A DNA stretch of 59,939 nt from a virus (lineage: Duplodnaviria > Caudoviricetes), in IMG/VR virus record IMGVR_UViG_3300032313_001910, positions 1-59,939 of that record. One strand, written 5' to 3'. Shown here one piece after another: positions 16,922 through 27,175 of this stretch. The position numbers and the translations under genes are program-made. How positions within the stretch are numbered: position 1 is the first letter of the stretch; every line of letters begins with the position of its first letter. A model generated the notes under the pieces. That model searched no databases. It was not told where the DNA came from and worked only from the letters and a program-made list of their open reading frames with translations.

Positions 16922-17732
16922 AAGAAGGCAAATAGTAGTGTCTCGTCAAAGGGAAAGAAATGTTATAGATGGGGGCTCCCCTAGACCTATGCCTCCTATA
17001 GAGACTCAATCTAAACAACAAGAACAAATCATGCAAAACATTTTTTCTCCCTTGAAACCCCATAGACAAAGAGAGGTTGTTAAACAATGGGAAAACGTAA
17101 CAGGAAAATCAGTAATTTTTATAACCTTTGTTTCTGATCCTATAGGTTCTAATTTTTATTCAAGCCGAGTTCCTTCCCTTCTTTCTAAACTTGTCGATCT
17201 GGGTTATGATTACATCGTCAGGCAATATCCCTCCGATAGACACTATTTTCAAAACTGTTGTTTTAAGCCAGTTTTTATAAAAGAAATCATGGAGAAATAC
17301 GACAAGAATCTTGTTTGGATCGATGGCGACACTAACCTTAAAAAATCTCTGGATCTTTTCACTTTAGATCAAGATTACGATGTTGGTCTTGTTTCCTACA
17401 CCCATGATATTAGTTCCTTTGTTGCCTCCCCTATATTCTTCAGGAACACACCACAATCTAAAGCACTTATAGAATCGTGGGAATCACATTGTACATCTAA
17501 AATAGAAAATGGAATATGTGAATTAGACCACGATGCTATTAAGCATTCTATAATTCCGCAGTTCAGGAGCTCTCTAAGAATCAAATTAAATAATAACGAT
17601 TATCATAATGGGGAGGTATTAGAGAATGTTAATTCAGATGTTCCTGAAAAAGGAAGGGTGTTACAGGAGATGGTTCCTATAAACGCAAGAAGACCTTTCA
17701 ACCTAACTAACAAAGATTTTATAATTGTATGA
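16908..17732 (+). CDS. GT-A glycosyltransferase, paralog of 16277, with N-terminal extension
   Basis: NCCFKPVFI, VWIDGDTNL, ASPIFFRN, ELDHD. Confidence 0.7.
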   Translation: MNPNRRRQIVVSRQRERNVIDGGSPRPMPPIETQSKQQEQIMQNIFSPLKPHRQREVVKQWENVTGKSVIFITFVSDPIGSNFYSSRVPSLLSKLVDLGYDYIVRQYPSDRHYFQNCCFKPVFIKEIMEKYDKNLVWIDGDTNLKKSLDLFTLDQDYDVGLVSYTHDISSFVASPIFFRNTPQSKALIESWESHCTSKIENGICELDHDAIKHSIIPQFRSSLRIKLNNNDYHNGEVLENVNSDVPEKGRVLQEMVPINARRPFNLTNKDFIIV

Positions 17733-18574
17733 AAAAATTAAAAACAAACTGGGCTCCTTTTCCTATCGAATTTTCTTCCTGCTCTAATCTTAGACCTAAA
17801 GGGTTTGAATGGTCAAGAACCGAGGGCATAGCAACCGTTTGGATAGACACTAGTATTCCGAATCATCAGGGCCCACCATCAGGAAACTTTGGGTGGTTCT
17901 GTGAATCTTCCGAGGTTTTGCCCGCTCTTAAATCCCAGCTTCTTAGCCAGACTGAAAGATTTAAAAGGCATTTCCAACACATTTTCACGTGTGATAATGA
18001 ACTAATAAACAGAGATCCTAGTTTTTTCCTTTTTAATCCACCAGGCTCAAACCTTCCTTGGACTAAGCCACAAGATTTTAGAATCCCAGAGAAAACCAAA
18101 CTCTGTTCTATGATCTCTAGTCCCAAAGACATGACTTCCGGACACAAGCTTAGAATTTCTATTGCTGAGAGCCTAAAAGGAAAGGTTGATCTTTTTGGTG
18201 GTGCAGCAGGGAGTGAAAGGTCAGGCCAAGGAACGGGTCCTAACGGAGATTGGTGGAGATCCAAGGAAGATTCTCTTTCCTCTTATATGTTTAGCGTGGT
18301 CATTGAAAATGCTTCTTATGGGGATTACTACACAGAAAAAATCACAGATTGTTTTGCATTGGGCGTTATCCCTATCTACTGGGGGAGTCCGTTGATACAC
18401 GAGAGGTTTAATAGGGATGGAATAATTTTATGGGACCATAATTTTGATCTCAACTCTTTAAGCACAGATCTATACCATTCAAAAATCGAAGCAGTAAAAG
18501 ATAATCTGGACAGAGTGAAAAATTTAGTTTCTGCAGATGATCTGCTTTTTAAAAAAATAGAGATGTTTATATAA
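17729..18574 (+). CDS. GT10-family (alpha-1,3/4-fucosyltransferase-like) glycosyltransferase
   Basis: YMFSVVIEN..GDYYTEKITDCFALGVIPIYWG is the GT10 signature region. Confidence 0.8.
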   Translation: MKKLKTNWAPFPIEFSSCSNLRPKGFEWSRTEGIATVWIDTSIPNHQGPPSGNFGWFCESSEVLPALKSQLLSQTERFKRHFQHIFTCDNELINRDPSFFLFNPPGSNLPWTKPQDFRIPEKTKLCSMISSPKDMTSGHKLRISIAESLKGKVDLFGGAAGSERSGQGTGPNGDWWRSKEDSLSSYMFSVVIENASYGDYYTEKITDCFALGVIPIYWGSPLIHERFNRDGIILWDHNFDLNSLSTDLYHSKIEAVKDNLDRVKNLVSADDLLFKKIEMFI

Positions 18575-18576
18575 AA

Positions 18577-19203
18577 ATGGAAAAAATATTAATAACGCCA
18601 TATTTTAAAACACAGGATTCAAACAGAAATATTGAATTAGATAGGGTTCTTTCTAGAAATCTAGATTCTAATCTTTTTGAGAAAATTATACTTTTCTGTG
18701 ATCCTGGTGCCATTCCACCTATCACAGATCAAAAGATTGAAGTGATCCAAACCAAACACAGATCAAAATATTGCGATTTCTTTAAGGAAGGAAACAAGCA
18801 CACTAATAAGATTGTGGTTGTAGCAAACAGTGATATATTTTTTGATGAAACCCTAAATTTTGCAGAAAAGTATCTAGTGGAAGAAAAAAGAGTTTTAGCT
18901 TTAACCAGATATGAATATGTTTTACAAAATAATGGCACATACTCTTCCCATATGCAAATGGGATGTGACAGCCAGGATTCATGGATATTTTTACCTGCTT
19001 TAGATACAGGAAACATGGATATTTCTTTTGGCTTAGGTGTTCCTGGGTGTGACAATAGATTGGCTTTTGAACTATCTAAAAAATATGAAGTGATAAATCC
19101 TAGTTTATCTATAAAAACTTACCATGTGCACGAAAGTAATTTTCGAACATATGATCCAAATAAAAGATTAGTCGGAGAATATTTACAGATACATATACAA
19201 TAA
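18577..19203 (+). CDS. Putative glycosyltransferase-like protein
   Basis: VVANSDIFFD, ALTRYE, SQDSWIF, GVPGCDNRLA, NPSLSIKTYHVH. Confidence 0.6.
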   Translation: MEKILITPYFKTQDSNRNIELDRVLSRNLDSNLFEKIILFCDPGAIPPITDQKIEVIQTKHRSKYCDFFKEGNKHTNKIVVVANSDIFFDETLNFAEKYLVEEKRVLALTRYEYVLQNNGTYSSHMQMGCDSQDSWIFLPALDTGNMDISFGLGVPGCDNRLAFELSKKYEVINPSLSIKTYHVHESNFRTYDPNKRLVGEYLQIHIQ

Positions 19204-19205
19204 AA

Positions 19206-19850
19206 ATGAATAAATTAGATTTAAAAAGAGTTACTCTTTTCTGTTTTGACGGGAGGGAGGAAGATAAGGAAAGAACCGCTAGATATTATAAAATATTAGA
19301 TTATATGTTATCTAGGGTAGAATTTCATGATGTAAAAATGTTTTGCACATTCGATTTTAAATTTCCCGGGGTCGAGATTTTAAATACTAGACCAGTTAAT
19401 ATAGGATATTATTCTGAATTTTGTGTTAAAAGATTAAATTCATTCATAAAAAGTGACTATTGTCTAATTTTTCAAGATGATGGGTTTATTCTAAATCCTC
19501 ATTTATGGGACGATGAATTTTTAGATTATGATTACATAGGTGCTCCCTGGCCACTTTATATAGGTTGGCCTAAAGAAGGGCAGCAAGTGGGAAATGGTGG
19601 ATTTTCTTTAAGAAGCAAAAATTTTCTAGAGGTTTCTTCTACTCTTCCCCCTACAACTGCAAACGAGGACACTTATATTTTAAATCAAAATCGAGAACAT
19701 CTTGATGTACATGGTATTAAGATAGCTCCTGTTGAGGTTGCTAGAAAATTTGCTGTTGAATTTGAACTAGACAAAGATCACAATATTTCTTCCTGTTTTG
19801 GCTTTCACTCAAAAAAGTATCTTGGTGATGCTATATCATATATAAAATAA
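19206..19850 (+). CDS. DUF5672-like glycosyltransferase-related protein
   Basis: IFQDDGFI, FLDYDYIGAPW, VGNGGFSLRSK, NED, ARKFAVE, FGFH. Confidence 0.75.
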   Translation: MNKLDLKRVTLFCFDGREEDKERTARYYKILDYMLSRVEFHDVKMFCTFDFKFPGVEILNTRPVNIGYYSEFCVKRLNSFIKSDYCLIFQDDGFILNPHLWDDEFLDYDYIGAPWPLYIGWPKEGQQVGNGGFSLRSKNFLEVSSTLPPTTANEDTYILNQNREHLDVHGIKIAPVEVARKFAVEFELDKDHNISSCFGFHSKKYLGDAISYIK

Positions 19851-19860
19851 AAAATAAAAG

Positions 19861-20496
19861 ATGTCAAAGGGAGTTTATAAAATTACGGAAGATTTTGAAA
19901 AAGCATTATCCGATTATACTGGTGCACCCTATGTTATTACAGTTGATAATGCAAGTAATGCACTTTTTTTAGCTCTAAAGTATGAAAAAATAGAGGGTAA
20001 AGAAATAACTATACCCTCTAGAACATACCCATCTGTTCCGTGTGAAATAATACATGCAGGAGGGAGAGTTAACTTTAAAAAAACCAAAGGAAAAACCATA
20101 AAGGGTGCTTATCAGCTAGAACCTACCAACGTGTGGGATTCTGCATTAAGGTTTACTAATGATATGTACATACCAGGATCTCATATGTGTATTTCTTTTA
20201 CTGGACCATATAAGCACTTTAAACTAAGTAAAGGAGGTGCTATATTGACAGACAACGAGGAAGCTTATTTTTGGTTTAAAAGAGCTAGATATTCAGGTAG
20301 AAGAGAATGTTCGTATCATGAAGATCATTTTGATATGCTCGGGTGGAATTTTTACATGATGCCAGAATTAGCAGCAAGAGGATTGCTAATGATAAATCAA
20401 TTTTATAAAGACGGCAAGCCACTAAGTAATGAGGATCTTGAACTACCTTATCCAGATCTATCTAAATTCACCATTTATACTAATAATGAGAAATAA
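19861..20496 (+). CDS. DegT/DnrJ/EryC1/StrS PLP-dependent sugar aminotransferase (short form)
   Basis: FEKALSDYTGAPYVITVDNASNALFLAL, DSA, SFTGPYKHFKLSKGGAILTD, GWNFYM. Confidence 0.8.
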   Translation: MSKGVYKITEDFEKALSDYTGAPYVITVDNASNALFLALKYEKIEGKEITIPSRTYPSVPCEIIHAGGRVNFKKTKGKTIKGAYQLEPTNVWDSALRFTNDMYIPGSHMCISFTGPYKHFKLSKGGAILTDNEEAYFWFKRARYSGRRECSYHEDHFDMLGWNFYMMPELAARGLLMINQFYKDGKPLSNEDLELPYPDLSKFTIYTNNEK

Positions 20497-21193
20497 TATA
20501 CTTTGTGTAATTAATAGCTTTTATAATTATGAACATATAGCTGTTTTCTTCGATAGTATTTATGTGGATTATATAGATTACGTTGTGCTTGAAAATTACA
20601 GTAAAAACAGCGATCAGATTAAGGATTACTTCAAAGGAAAAAGAATAATTACACACTTAAGGTCTGAAGAAAATGTAACTCACGGCACAATGGATTATTT
20701 TTTAGAAAATTATAAAGAATTAATAAAGGAATACGAGTATCTTATTTTAACTGACGCTGACCTTTTAGTTGAAGATATTGATTCTTATATAGATGAGGCT
20801 AAATCTGTATTAGATATGGAAAAAGTTATGGTTTGTGGTATATCTCTTTGCCTTAATAATTTACCGCTAGATCATCATCCAGAATCTATCAATTGGGTTC
20901 CTAAAGGCGTGGTATATAATAAATATATAATTTCTGTTACTGGGACACATATGTTATTAATTAAAAATAAGGATCTAAATGTATTATTTGAATTGAAAAA
21001 TATAATAGATTCTTCTCTTTGGGAAAAGGTCTGTGAAAAAGATGGCCTATGGGTTAGAACATTAAAAAACAAAGCTAAACATTTAACCTGGGATTATTAT
21101 TATCCTGGTAACGAGTATTATGAATACAAAAGAAATAATGAATGGGTACAAAAATTACATAACAAAAAACCCGAAATAATAAAATTGAGATGA
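20486..21193 (+). CDS. Putative GT-A glycosyltransferase
   Basis: ILTDADLLV DxD motif, AKHLTWD. Start moved to ATG 20486, which overlaps the upstream stop. Confidence 0.55.
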   Translation: MRNNILCVINSFYNYEHIAVFFDSIYVDYIDYVVLENYSKNSDQIKDYFKGKRIITHLRSEENVTHGTMDYFLENYKELIKEYEYLILTDADLLVEDIDSYIDEAKSVLDMEKVMVCGISLCLNNLPLDHHPESINWVPKGVVYNKYIISVTGTHMLLIKNKDLNVLFELKNIIDSSLWEKVCEKDGLWVRTLKNKAKHLTWDYYYPGNEYYEYKRNNEWVQKLHNKKPEIIKLR

Positions 21194-21861
21194 GGATAGG
21201 TATAATGCAGCCTTATTTTTTACCATATATTGGATATTTTCAATTGATAGATTCTGTAGATACCTATGTTAATCTAGACCATGTATCCTTCATGAAAAGG
21301 AGTTATATGGTTAGAAATAAATTAAAGAATGAGGTCGGCATAAATTTAAGTGTAATAGGAGGTAGTCAAAACAAAAAGTGCAAGGAAGTTAACATATATT
21401 TTGATGATAAGTGGATAAAAAAATTTAAAACGTCCATTAATTATTTATATTCTAAAGAAGATAATTACTCATCGATAATGGATACTATAGTTAATCCTAT
21501 GATAGATGATTTAAGTCTTAATGTATCGGATTTTAATTTTAGTTCTGTAAAAAGAATATGTCACTATTTGGATATAAATAAGAATTTTATAGATTCTTCT
21601 GGGGGTGTAACCGAAAATAAGAAAGGTCAGGGATTAATAGATATATGCAAAAAAAATAACTCTAGTTCGTATGTAAATGCTATAGGAGGAATGAATCTCT
21701 ATAATAAGGAAGAGTTCAAAAAATCTGGCATAGAACTTTATTTCTGTAAGATGAACAATGACATAGATCTAGATGATCCGTATCTATCGATATTACATCA
21801 GTTGTTTGTTTATTCAAAAGAACATTTAAAGAATCAAATAAAAAAATATAAATTGATATGA
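21190..21861 (+). CDS. wbqC: WbqC-like protein
   Basis: IMQPYFLPYIGYFQLIDSVD..LDHV, RNKL, YVNAIGGMNLY, LSILHQLF. Confidence 0.85.
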   Translation: MRIGIMQPYFLPYIGYFQLIDSVDTYVNLDHVSFMKRSYMVRNKLKNEVGINLSVIGGSQNKKCKEVNIYFDDKWIKKFKTSINYLYSKEDNYSSIMDTIVNPMIDDLSLNVSDFNFSSVKRICHYLDINKNFIDSSGGVTENKKGQGLIDICKKNNSSSYVNAIGGMNLYNKEEFKKSGIELYFCKMNNDIDLDDPYLSILHQLFVYSKEHLKNQIKKYKLI

Positions 21862-22568
21862 ACCACGAGGGAAAATTTGAATATATTAAATTTCAGAAAT
21901 TGAGAAATAGCTATAAGGATGGCATTGATAATCTATCTAAAATGGATTTTAATTTTCAAGAGATCGTAGAGGATTTTCCTAGATTTTCTGGCCATATGAG
22001 TATAGGAAGATATTTAACACTATACGAACTTTATAAAAAAACATCTGGTATATCCGGTCATATTGCAGAAGTTGGGACTTACAAGGGTACTTCTTTATTG
22101 TGGTTCACTAAGCTAGTTCAATTATTTGAGCCTAATTCACTTACTCAAGTTCATGGATTTGATTGGTTTAAAGGGACTGGGGAAGATTCGGTTGAACTTA
22201 AAATCGAAAAAGGCAGCTATTCTTATGAATATGAAGATCTTCTTAATGTTATAAAATATCAGGGATTAGAAAATAATTGCTTTGTACACAAATTAAATGT
22301 TCTAACGGAGCTGGAAGAGTTCTTTAGTAAGAATCCGCATTTTTATTTTAAATGTGTATTCTTAGATGCTGGATTTTATGATGTTGTTAAAAAGTCCATA
22401 GAAATACTTTGGCCTAGACTTAATAAAGGGGGGATATTAATATTGGATCAATTTGGACACGAGCTATCCCCTGGTGAATCTATGGCAGTTAAAGAATTAC
22501 TTCCTGATGAAAAGATAGAGACATTAAATAATTCTTGGATGCCTACCGCTTATATTATTAAAAAATAG
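21858..22568 (+). CDS. TylF/MycF-like SAM-dependent sugar O-methyltransferase
   Basis: GHIAEVGTYKGTS, VHGFDWFKG, VFLDAGFY, LWPRLNKGGILILDQF, PGES. Confidence 0.75.
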   Translation: MNHEGKFEYIKFQKLRNSYKDGIDNLSKMDFNFQEIVEDFPRFSGHMSIGRYLTLYELYKKTSGISGHIAEVGTYKGTSLLWFTKLVQLFEPNSLTQVHGFDWFKGTGEDSVELKIEKGSYSYEYEDLLNVIKYQGLENNCFVHKLNVLTELEEFFSKNPHFYFKCVFLDAGFYDVVKKSIEILWPRLNKGGILILDQFGHELSPGESMAVKELLPDEKIETLNNSWMPTAYIIKK

Positions 22569-22572
22569 AGTT

Positions 22573-23244
22573 ATGAAAAAAGTTATAGTATTCGGAGTTC
22601 TTGATACTGCAGAATTAGCACATTATTACCTTACTAATGATTCTCCTTATGAAGTAGAAGCTTTTACTATTAACAAGGATTACATTAAGGAAAGTTCATT
22701 CAAACCTAGGGGTAGTGAAAAAGAATATCCAGTAGTTCCCTTTGAAGAGCTTGAAAAAATATACCCACCAGAGGACTATTATTTATTTTGTCCTATGACT
22801 GGAATTAAAATGAATACGCTCAGGAAAAAAATATATCAAGAGGGTAAAGATAAGGGATATGAATATATTTCTTACATTTCTTCAAAAGCAACGGTCTTTA
22901 ATAATCAAATAGGAGAAAATTGTTTCATATTAGAGGATAACACTATACAGCCCTTTACCATAATAGGAAATAACGTAGTATTATGGAGCGGTAATCATAT
23001 AGGACACCATGGAGTTATAGAGGATCATGTTTTTTTTACATCCCATGTAGTTATGTCTGGACATTGTCATATAAAAGAAAGGGCATGGATAGGGGTTAAC
23101 TCTACAATAAGAGACTTTACTACAATAGGAGAGGGATGTCTCATAGGAATGGGATCTCTCGTAACAAAAAATACCGAGGACGGAGCCTTTTATCTGGGAT
23201 CTCCGTCTAAAAAACAAGATAGAATAGCTATAGATGTATATTAA
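22573..23244 (+). CDS. Hexapeptide-repeat (NeuD/PglD-like) sugar acetyltransferase
   Basis: VIVFG N-terminal domain, YISYISSKA, left-handed beta-helix IGENCFI/IGNNVVL/HIGHH/IGEGCLIGMGSLV, GSPSK. Confidence 0.85.
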   Translation: MKKVIVFGVLDTAELAHYYLTNDSPYEVEAFTINKDYIKESSFKPRGSEKEYPVVPFEELEKIYPPEDYYLFCPMTGIKMNTLRKKIYQEGKDKGYEYISYISSKATVFNNQIGENCFILEDNTIQPFTIIGNNVVLWSGNHIGHHGVIEDHVFFTSHVVMSGHCHIKERAWIGVNSTIRDFTTIGEGCLIGMGSLVTKNTEDGAFYLGSPSKKQDRIAIDVY

Positions 23245-24160
23245 TAATAGTAAAAATTGGAATAGGGTTAGGAACATATTTAATGAGCACCACTCACAGC
23301 TTCCTGTTGTTGATGTTATGAATAATTTCTATAGAATTTATTATTCTACTAGGGATGATAAAGGCAGGAGTATTCCAATGTATTTTGATTTATCTAAAGA
23401 TCTTTTAAAATACGAAGGACCGTTTAATGTTGATCTAAAATTAGGAGAGGCTGGTTTTTTTGATTGGTCTGGGATAATGCCTACTAAAATTATAACTCTA
23501 GAATCTGGGGAGAAATATTTGTATTATATAGGATGGTCTAGAAGATTAGATGTTCCATATCATAATAATTTAGGCCTTGCAATAAGTAATGACGGAGGGA
23601 ATACGTGGAATAAATTTTCAAATGGACCTGTATTTCATACATCTTATAAAGAGCCCGGATATATCGGAACTGCCGAAGTGATTAAAGATGAAGGTATATT
23701 TAAAATGTGGTATCTATCGTGTAGGAAATGGATACACAACAACGGGATTATGGAGCCAATATATGACATAAAATATGCAACATCTCTTGATGCTATTAAC
23801 TGGGATCCTTGGGATATTACCTGTATAGAATTACAGAACGAAGAAGGTGGGATTTCTTCTTCTCGTGTAATAATAGACAATGATGGTGTTTATAGAATGT
23901 GGTTTTCTATAAGGGATCGAACTGGATACAGGGAAGATCCTGAAAGATCCTATAGAATCGAAGGAGCTTTCTCTTATGATGGAATAAAATGGGAAAGAAC
24001 TGGCATAGAACTTTTCAGATCTGAATTTGATTCATGGGATAACATAATGGTAGCTTATCCATATATAGTTGAAGAATCTGATAAAAAAATAATGTTTTAT
24101 AATGGAAATGGATTTGGTAAAAGCGGAATCGGATACGCAGTATCTGAAAACCCAGTTTGA
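23234..24160 (+). CDS. Five-bladed beta-propeller glycoside hydrolase-like protein (GH43/32/130 clan-like)
   Basis: Repeated blades YLYYIGW..GLAISNDGGNTW, MWYLS..YATSLDAINW, MWFS..AFSYDGIKW, MFYNGNGFGKSGIGYA. Confidence 0.7.
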   Translation: MYINNSKNWNRVRNIFNEHHSQLPVVDVMNNFYRIYYSTRDDKGRSIPMYFDLSKDLLKYEGPFNVDLKLGEAGFFDWSGIMPTKIITLESGEKYLYYIGWSRRLDVPYHNNLGLAISNDGGNTWNKFSNGPVFHTSYKEPGYIGTAEVIKDEGIFKMWYLSCRKWIHNNGIMEPIYDIKYATSLDAINWDPWDITCIELQNEEGGISSSRVIIDNDGVYRMWFSIRDRTGYREDPERSYRIEGAFSYDGIKWERTGIELFRSEFDSWDNIMVAYPYIVEESDKKIMFYNGNGFGKSGIGYAVSENPV

Positions 24161-24881
24161 AACTCAGGGGATTATTTTAATTAGAAATTTTTTTCCAGTA
24201 GAAAAAATAGAAATTCTAAGAAAAGATGCAGAGAGTGTCTTCGAAAGACAATTTATAAATTCTAATTATTCTGGTGATTTTAGACAAAATATCCAAAAAT
24301 TATTTGAAGAAGACTTTGAAACTTTTGTAAATTGCGGAAAAACTATACAACAAGGATTGTGGAGTCTTTATGAAATGGCAACAGACCAAAAAATAAAAAA
24401 TATACTGTCTAAATTGGGATTAAAAACACCAAATCTTTGTACAAGACCCGTTCTTTTTTTTAATAATAAAAGATTGGCTAAAGACACAGTCTACTACAAA
24501 ACACCCCCACACCAGGATTGGCCTTCTATGCAATCTTCTGACAATTCAGTTGTAATTTGGGTTCCTTTGATCAATGTAAATGCTCAAAATGGATCGGTTA
24601 TTTTTTATCCTAAAACACATCTTCTTGGCCCCCTTGAGTACGAAAAAACTGGAGGGTTTGCTAAAGTAAATATTCCGGAAGGGTATATGAACTCTATTCA
24701 ACCGGAAATGAATATTGGCGATGTCGCTATTTTTTCAACTCTATTAATTCATGAGTCTGGTGAAATAAAAGATGATTCTATAAGATGGTCGTGTCATTTC
24801 AGATATACCGATCTAGATAGCCAAGATTTTATTTCTAGAGGATTTCCTAATCCCTATGAATACAAACCAACATATAAATAA
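24102..24881 (+). CDS. PhyH-family 2OG-Fe(II) dioxygenase (start uncertain)
   Basis: FETQGIILIRNFF, TPPHQDW, VIWVPL, NGSVIFYPKTH, GDVAIFSTLLIHESG..IRWS. Confidence 0.85.
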   Translation: MEMDLVKAESDTQYLKTQFETQGIILIRNFFPVEKIEILRKDAESVFERQFINSNYSGDFRQNIQKLFEEDFETFVNCGKTIQQGLWSLYEMATDQKIKNILSKLGLKTPNLCTRPVLFFNNKRLAKDTVYYKTPPHQDWPSMQSSDNSVVIWVPLINVNAQNGSVIFYPKTHLLGPLEYEKTGGFAKVNIPEGYMNSIQPEMNIGDVAIFSTLLIHESGEIKDDSIRWSCHFRYTDLDSQDFISRGFPNPYEYKPTYK

Positions 24882-24890
24882 AATCAGATT

Positions 24891-25598
24891 ATGAAATTTG
24901 GAATAGTCATACCAACATACAAAAGAAAAGACGGAAAAACCCCAGAATTGTTAAAAAGGGCTTTAGATTCAATTTTTAATCAAACCCACAAGGATTTTAA
25001 AGTTTTTGTAATAGGGGACAAATACGAAGATTCGTCCGAATTTGAAAATATAGTCAAACCTTATGGAAAAGAAAAAATGTATTCTGAAAATCTCCCCTTT
25101 GCTGCAGAGAGAGACAAGTACACAGATCAAAAAATAATATGGAATTATGGAGGATGTTACGCAAATAACTACGGTATAGAAAAAAGTATATCCGAAGGGT
25201 ACTCCTTTGTGTGTCACCTAGACCACGATGATTGGTGGTACGAAAACCATTTGGAGGAAATAAATAAATGTGTGGAAGAAACTGGGGCATCTTTTGTTTA
25301 TACCTCAGCAACTTATTGTTATCCACATAATTATTTACCTAAACTTGGCGGGAATAAATATAATTCTTCTATACCTGAGCCCTGTAAATTGATACATTCC
25401 TCTACCGCAATGGATTTTTCAAAGATTAATTTAAGACACGAAAACGTGTACGAAAGAGACGGCGTAATTGGACATGCAGGAGACGCAGATTTTTGGGAAA
25501 GGGTCGGAAAATTTATTACAGAAAATAGATTAAAATCTTTTCATATTAATATTATGACCTGTAGACACGACGAGGAAGGATACGAAAAAAATTATTAA
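24891..25598 (+). CDS. GT2-family glycosyltransferase
   Basis: IVIPTYKR, RALDSIFNQTHKDF, ANNYGI, HLDHDDWW, GDADFW. Confidence 0.85.
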   Translation: MKFGIVIPTYKRKDGKTPELLKRALDSIFNQTHKDFKVFVIGDKYEDSSEFENIVKPYGKEKMYSENLPFAAERDKYTDQKIIWNYGGCYANNYGIEKSISEGYSFVCHLDHDDWWYENHLEEINKCVEETGASFVYTSATYCYPHNYLPKLGGNKYNSSIPEPCKLIHSSTAMDFSKINLRHENVYERDGVIGHAGDADFWERVGKFITENRLKSFHINIMTCRHDEEGYEKNY

Positions 25599-25601
25599 AC
25601 T

Positions 25602-26231
25602 ATGTTTAAAATAACAAAAAAATCCCTGGAAGTAAACAAGGAAATTTCAGAAAAAATGGAAGAAAAAACTTTCCATTTTCACACTCATATACTTTATGAC
25701 ATAAGAACCTCTATCGGAAAAGCATCTGCTGTAAAATATCTTGAGATAGGTGCATATGCTGGTGGATCAGCAAGTTTGATGTGCTCACATCCGTATCAAA
25801 CAAATTGTTTTTCTATAGACCTTTCTTATCCTATCGATCAAGGGGTTGTAGAGAGGAACGTAAATAAGTTTAAGAGAGAAAATAATTCTTTTAAATATAT
25901 AAAAGGAAACTCCCAATCTAGTGAAATTGTAAATTTTGTCAAAGAAAAAGTTGGAATGATAGATATCCTTTTTATAGATGGAGATCATTCTAAAGGAGGA
26001 GTTATTACAGATTACTTAAACTATTCGCCTCTAGTTAGAAAAGGAGGATATTTAATTTTTGATGATTATCTAGATTCTTTGCATAGTCCAGAAGTTAAAG
26101 TGGTAGTAGATGAAATGCTACAATCTGGAGAATTTAAAAATTATGATATTATAGGATCTTTAAAATATGATATTTTGTATGATTTTAGTGATATGGAGAG
26201 TAGTAATTTATTTATATTGAAGAAGAAATGA
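25602..26231 (+). CDS. Class I SAM methyltransferase (Methyltransf_24-like)
   Basis: YLEIGAYAGGS, GNS, DILFIDGDHS, LVRKGGYLIFDDY. Confidence 0.85.
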   Translation: MFKITKKSLEVNKEISEKMEEKTFHFHTHILYDIRTSIGKASAVKYLEIGAYAGGSASLMCSHPYQTNCFSIDLSYPIDQGVVERNVNKFKRENNSFKYIKGNSQSSEIVNFVKEKVGMIDILFIDGDHSKGGVITDYLNYSPLVRKGGYLIFDDYLDSLHSPEVKVVVDEMLQSGEFKNYDIIGSLKYDILYDFSDMESSNLFILKKK

Positions 26232-27175
26232 AGAGTAAAGTCCTAATACTTGGATCAACCGGACTGGTAGGTTCTAATCTCTTGAAAAAATATGGAGAGA
26301 AATATCCAGGATCTAATATTTTTTCACCAAGAAGCTTTGAGGTTAATCTTTGTGATTGGAGAAAAACCACAGAATATATTTTTTCCATTAAGCCAGATTT
26401 GGTATTTCTTTGTGCAGCTAAGGTTGGCGGAATTAAAGCCAACAACGACTATAAGGCAGATTTTATCACAGAGAATCTTAAGATCCAAACCAATGTGATA
26501 GAAGCTTGTCATCTTTCTGGTGTTAAGAAGCTAGTTTTTTTAGGATCGTCTTGTATTTACCCAAAGGAGTGTCCACAACCAATTAAAGAGGAATACCTTT
26601 TAACTGGTCCATTAGAACTGACCAATGATGCTTATGCTGTTGCTAAAATAGCAGGAATCAAAATGTGTCAATCCTATAATCAACAGTACGGAAGCGATTT
26701 TATTTCAGTTATGCCTTCTAATCTTTATGGTCCAGGAGACAATTTTGATCTAAATAGTAGTCACGTGCTTCCTGCACTAATCAGAAAATTTCACGAGGCC
26801 AAAATTTTAGGATCTTCTTCAGTTGAGATCTGGGGAACAGGAAGACCAAGAAGAGAATTCTTGCATGTTGAAGATTTAGCAGAAGCATTAATTTTTCTTT
26901 CTGAAAATTACACTGGGCCAGAGATCATTAATGTCGGAACAGGTGAGGATCTGACGATTTTAGAATTGGCAAAGATGATCAAATCTGTAGTTAATTATAA
27001 AGGAGAGATCGTTTTTAATTCCTCTTATCCAGACGGTACAATGAGAAAGGTATTAGACGTTTCAAAGATTGAAAATATGGGCTGGTCCCCAAAAATTTCT
27101 CTCCGAGAAGGAATTAAAACCACTTATGAGTTCTATAAAGAGAGATATGAAAATAGCAATAATTACAGGAATTAA
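26228..27175 (+). CDS. fcl: GDP-L-fucose synthase
   Basis: GSTGLVGS, AAKVGGIKAN, FLGSSCIYPK, YAVAKIAG, PSNLYGPGDNF, SHVLPALIRKF, WGTGRPRREFLHVEDLA, PDGTMRK. Confidence 0.95.
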   Translation: MKSKVLILGSTGLVGSNLLKKYGEKYPGSNIFSPRSFEVNLCDWRKTTEYIFSIKPDLVFLCAAKVGGIKANNDYKADFITENLKIQTNVIEACHLSGVKKLVFLGSSCIYPKECPQPIKEEYLLTGPLELTNDAYAVAKIAGIKMCQSYNQQYGSDFISVMPSNLYGPGDNFDLNSSHVLPALIRKFHEAKILGSSSVEIWGTGRPRREFLHVEDLAEALIFLSENYTGPEIINVGTGEDLTILELAKMIKSVVNYKGEIVFNSSYPDGTMRKVLDVSKIENMGWSPKISLREGIKTTYEFYKERYENSNNYRN

